Shown: positions 61,594-64,000 of the stretch, piece by piece
Position numbering within the stretch: position 1 is the stretch's first letter
How the letters are laid out: the number at the start of each line of letters is the position of its first letter
Source of the DNA: Actinomycetota bacterium
GTDB taxonomy: Bacteria > Actinomycetota > Acidimicrobiia > Acidimicrobiales > VFJN01
DNA length: 64,000 nt
Assembly: GCA_046730015.1 (NCBI GenBank)
Contig: JBKPHT010000137.1
Location: 1,512-65,511 of the forward strand
Direction: 5' to 3'
The notes under the pieces: generated by a model
Told to the model about the DNA's origin: nothing
Databases searched by the model: none
The model's input: the letters and a program-made list of their open reading frames with translations, nothing else
Position numbers and translations under genes: made by a program

Positions 61594-62172
61594 TCACCCC
61601 ACGGTCAGGAGCCGGAGCAGGCCGTCGATCAGCTCGTCGCGCCCGGGGGCGCCGGGGGCGCCCCGGCTGAGCACGATTCCGGCCTCGGTCAGGGCGCCGA
61701 ACGCGAGGACGGCGAGGGCGGGGCTCGACGGGACACGCAGGCGGCCGGCGCGCTCCAGGGCCTGGAGCCCGGCCTGCATGTTGGCCAGGCCGATGGCGGC
61801 GTCGATGTCGTGCCAGGCGGCGGAGCCGAGGACCGCGGGGCCGTCCACGACGACGATCTGGTGGTAGTCGGGGCGGACGACGAAGTCGAGCAGCGCCCGG
61901 CAGGCGGCCACGAAGGCGTCGAGGGGGTCGGTCTCGGCCAGGGCGGCGGCGGTGACCGTGTCGTTGAGCTCGTGCTCGATCTGGGTGAACACGGCCAGGA
62001 ACAGGGCGGTCTTGTCGGCGAAGTGGTGGTAGAGGGCGCCCCGGGTGACGCCGGCGGCCTCGACCACGGCGCCCGTGGGGGTGTCGGCGAAGCCGTGGGC
62101 GGCGAGCAGGGGCCGCGCCGCGTCGACGATCGACTCGCGCGTCCTGAGGGCCTCGTCGGCCGTCCGTCTCAT
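61594..62172 (-). CDS. TetR/AcrR family transcriptional regulator
   Basis: HTH ARPLLAAHGFADTPTGAVVEAAGVTRGALYHHF. Confidence 0.9.
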   Translation of the reverse strand: MRRTADEALRTRESIVDAARPLLAAHGFADTPTGAVVEAAGVTRGALYHHFADKTALFLAVFTQIEHELNDTVTAAALAETDPLDAFVAACRALLDFVVRPDYHQIVVVDGPAVLGSAAWHDIDAAIGLANMQAGLQALERAGRLRVPSSPALAVLAFGALTEAGIVLSRGAPGAPGRDELIDGLLRLLTVG

Positions 62173-62223
62173 GATCCGTTCGGTCTCCCGGTGCTCTTGA
62201 CGTCGAGCTCTCCTCAGTGTTTA

Positions 62224-62244
62224 ACATACATGCTGTCTGTATGT
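62224..62244. promoter_or_regulatory. AT-rich inverted repeat ACATACA-n7-TGTATGT in the TetR/oxidoreductase divergent intergenic region
   Basis: This is the only AT-rich stretch in a 93-bp divergent region. TTGACG lies at 62197-62202. Confidence 0.4.
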
Positions 62245-62265
62245 ATAACCGAGAGGCGGGACGAC

Positions 62266-63675
62266 ATGGCGGACGTGATCGTGATCGGCGGCGGGATGGG
62301 CGGGCTCTCCACCGGCCTCCTGCTCGCGGGCGACGGGCACCGGGTGCGGGTCCTCGAGCGGGACCCGCACCCGCCGCCGGCCTCGGCCGACGAGGCCTGG
62401 ACGGGCTGGGAGCGGCCCGGCGTCACCCAGTTCCGCCTCCTCCACTCGTTCCTGGCCCGCTGGCGCCAGATCGTCGAGGCCGAGCTGCCCGAGGTGGCGG
62501 TCGCCCTGGATGCGGCCGGCGGCCTCCGCCGCAACGTGGTGACCGACGCCCCCGAGTCCGTCTCCGGCGGCCCCCGCCCTGGCGACGAGCGGTTCGACAT
62601 CCTGACCGGCCGCCGCCCGGTGGTCGAGGCCGCGATGTGCCGGGTCGCCGCCGGCGTCGACGGCCTGGCGATCGAGCGCGGGGCCGGCGTGCGCGGCCTG
62701 GTCGCCGGACCCCGGCCCCACCTGCCCGGCATCCCCCACGTCGTGGGCGTGGCCACCGAGGACGGCCGGCGGCTCGACGCCGACCTGGTCGTCGACGCCG
62801 GAGGCCGGCGATCGGTCCTGCCCGGCTGGCTGGCGCTGCTGGGCGCCCCGGCGCCGGAGGAGGAGCGCGAGGACTGCGGGTTCCTCTACTACGGCCGCCA
62901 CTTCCGCTCCGCCGACGGGTCGGTGCCGCCGCTGTTCGGCCCGCCGCTGCAGCCCTACGGGTCGATCTCGCTGCTCACGCTGGCCGCCGACAACGGCACC
63001 TGGGGGGTCGGCATCGTGACCAGCGCGACCGACCGCGTCATGCGGGCCGCCCGCCACGAGGACGTGTTCAGCCGGGTGGTGAAGAACTACCCGCTGATCG
63101 CCCACTGGCTGGAGGGTGAGCCCCTGGGCGGCGTCGACGTGATGGCCAAGATCGAGGACCGGCACCGCCGCTACCAGCGCGACGGCGACCCCGTCGCCAC
63201 CGGCGTGGCCGCCGTCGGCGACGCCTGGGCCTGCACCAACCCGTCGGTCGGGCGGGGTGCGAGCCTGGCGCTGCTCCATGCGGTGGCGCTGCGCGACGTG
63301 CTGCGGGAGGTCCCGGCGTCCGACCCGATCGCCTTCGCCCGCCGGTGGGACGAGGTCACGATGACCGACCTCGAGCCGCTCTACCGCGACACGTTGACCT
63401 TCGACCGGCACCGGCTGGCCGAGATCGAGGCCTGCATCGCCGGCCGCCCGTACGAGACCGACGACCCGGCGTGGCACCGCGACGAGGCGCTCCGCCGGGG
63501 CGCGGCGGTGGACCCCGACCTGCTGCGGGCCCACGTCTCCATGCGGATGCTGCTCCACCGGTCGGTCGACCTGTGGGCCCGCCCCGGCATCGCCGAGGCG
63601 GCCGCCGCCGCCGGCTCCCCGCCGGAGGCCCCGGGCCCCGACCGCGCCGAGCTGGAGGCCATCGTCACCGCCTGA
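62266..63675 (+). CDS. FAD-dependent oxidoreductase
   Basis: N-terminal DVIVIGGGMGGLSTGLLLAGDGHRVRVLER Rossmann motif, and a later GDAWACTNPSVGRG flavoprotein motif. ATG at 62266. Confidence 0.85.
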   Translation: MADVIVIGGGMGGLSTGLLLAGDGHRVRVLERDPHPPPASADEAWTGWERPGVTQFRLLHSFLARWRQIVEAELPEVAVALDAAGGLRRNVVTDAPESVSGGPRPGDERFDILTGRRPVVEAAMCRVAAGVDGLAIERGAGVRGLVAGPRPHLPGIPHVVGVATEDGRRLDADLVVDAGGRRSVLPGWLALLGAPAPEEEREDCGFLYYGRHFRSADGSVPPLFGPPLQPYGSISLLTLAADNGTWGVGIVTSATDRVMRAARHEDVFSRVVKNYPLIAHWLEGEPLGGVDVMAKIEDRHRRYQRDGDPVATGVAAVGDAWACTNPSVGRGASLALLHAVALRDVLREVPASDPIAFARRWDEVTMTDLEPLYRDTLTFDRHRLAEIEACIAGRPYETDDPAWHRDEALRRGAAVDPDLLRAHVSMRMLLHRSVDLWARPGIAEAAAAAGSPPEAPGPDRAELEAIVTA

Positions 63676-63705
63676 CCCCACCCCCCGACCGTGCCGTCGT
63701 CCGGT

Positions 63706-63807
63706 CGTTCCCGAGGCGATAGGGATCGCATCCGGGTTCCCGAGGCGATAGGGGTCGGGGGCCGACCGCTATCGCCTCGGGAACCGAAGAACGACCTCTA
63801 TCGCCTC
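63706..63807. repeat. GAGGCGATAGGGG-type nested palindromic element, copy I (4 units)
   Basis: cgaggcgatagggatcg ... cgaggcgataggggtcgggggccgaccgctatcgcctcgggaacc ... acctctatcgcctc. Confidence 0.9.
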
Positions 63808-64000
63808 ACCGCACCGGAGCGCCGTAGCGTCGCCCCCGTGCCACCACCGCCGCCCGGCCCCGACACCCCCGGCCCCGGACCCGATACCCCCGGTCCCGAC
63901 ACCCCCGGCCCCGACTCGCGCGGGCCCGAGGCCGCCGGGGTGGCCACGGCCGCCGGCATGGGGGCCGCCGCGGGGGCGGCGCTGCGGGCCCACCGGGGCG

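Noticed and set aside
2712-63807. I considered the GAGGCGATAGGGG repeats as a CRISPR array.
   Set aside because: The copies are kilobases apart, palindromic, in both orientations, and not separated by uniform spacers. No cas genes are present.
63839-64000. A possible plus-strand Pro-rich ORF (VPPPPPGPDTPGPGPDTPGPDTPGPDS...) runs off the window end.
   Set aside because: It is truncated, low in complexity, and has no recognisable domain or clear RBS. A real gene start cannot be distinguished from a stop-free GC-rich frame.
1-64000. I searched by eye for rRNA, tRNA, tmRNA, riboswitch-like leaders, integrases, transposases, and prophage or defence islands.
   Set aside because: I recognised none. 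Intergenic regions are short and are mostly accounted for by the two repeat families, operator-like palindromes and hairpins. A covariance-model scan (Infernal/Rfam, tRNAscan-SE) would be needed to exclude small RNAs.

Overview
This is a very GC-rich chromosomal segment (by eye about 70 percent or more, not computed) of Actinomycetota type; F420, mycothiol/DinB-type and MoxR-DUF58 gene content supports that call. It is densely coding, with about 60 protein genes. I found no rRNA, tRNA, CRISPR array, transposase or integrase.

Content is mostly housekeeping and accessory metabolism:
- Core genes: galT, galE, rsmI, ychF, pepN, map, ilvA, azlCD.
- Metabolic enzymes: acyl-CoA dehydrogenase, two enoyl-CoA hydratases, and F420/LLM enzymes.
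- Regulation and transport: several TetR regulators and an ABC-2 exporter with a WYL regulator.
- Other modules: a conserved RDD / SpoIIM-like / DUF58 / MoxR / DUF4350 / DUF4129 envelope cluster, a RES-Xre toxin-antitoxin pair, and a bacterial topoisomerase IB.

Many long ORFs in the six-frame track are out-of-frame or antisense artefacts of the high GC content.

The most notable non-genic signals:
1. A dispersed nested-palindrome repeat family built from GAGGCGATAGGGG units. It has at least 10 copies, all intergenic.
2. A second 92-nt element present twice. Each copy sits exactly on a start codon, duplicates the start-codon junction, and folds so that the downstream ribosome-binding site and start codon are paired.
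3. A tandem array of three paralogous secreted proteins built from nine copies of an uncharacterised module of about 130 aa.
4. A 929-bp lower-GC insertion carrying one gene, flanked by a 19-nt direct repeat that spans the stop codons of two convergent genes.
5. A frameshifted MBL-Rieske gene.
6. A protein with eleven perfect-period 27-nt coding repeats, translationally coupled to an RDD protein.

All functional names come from motif and family recognition by eye. No database search was run.
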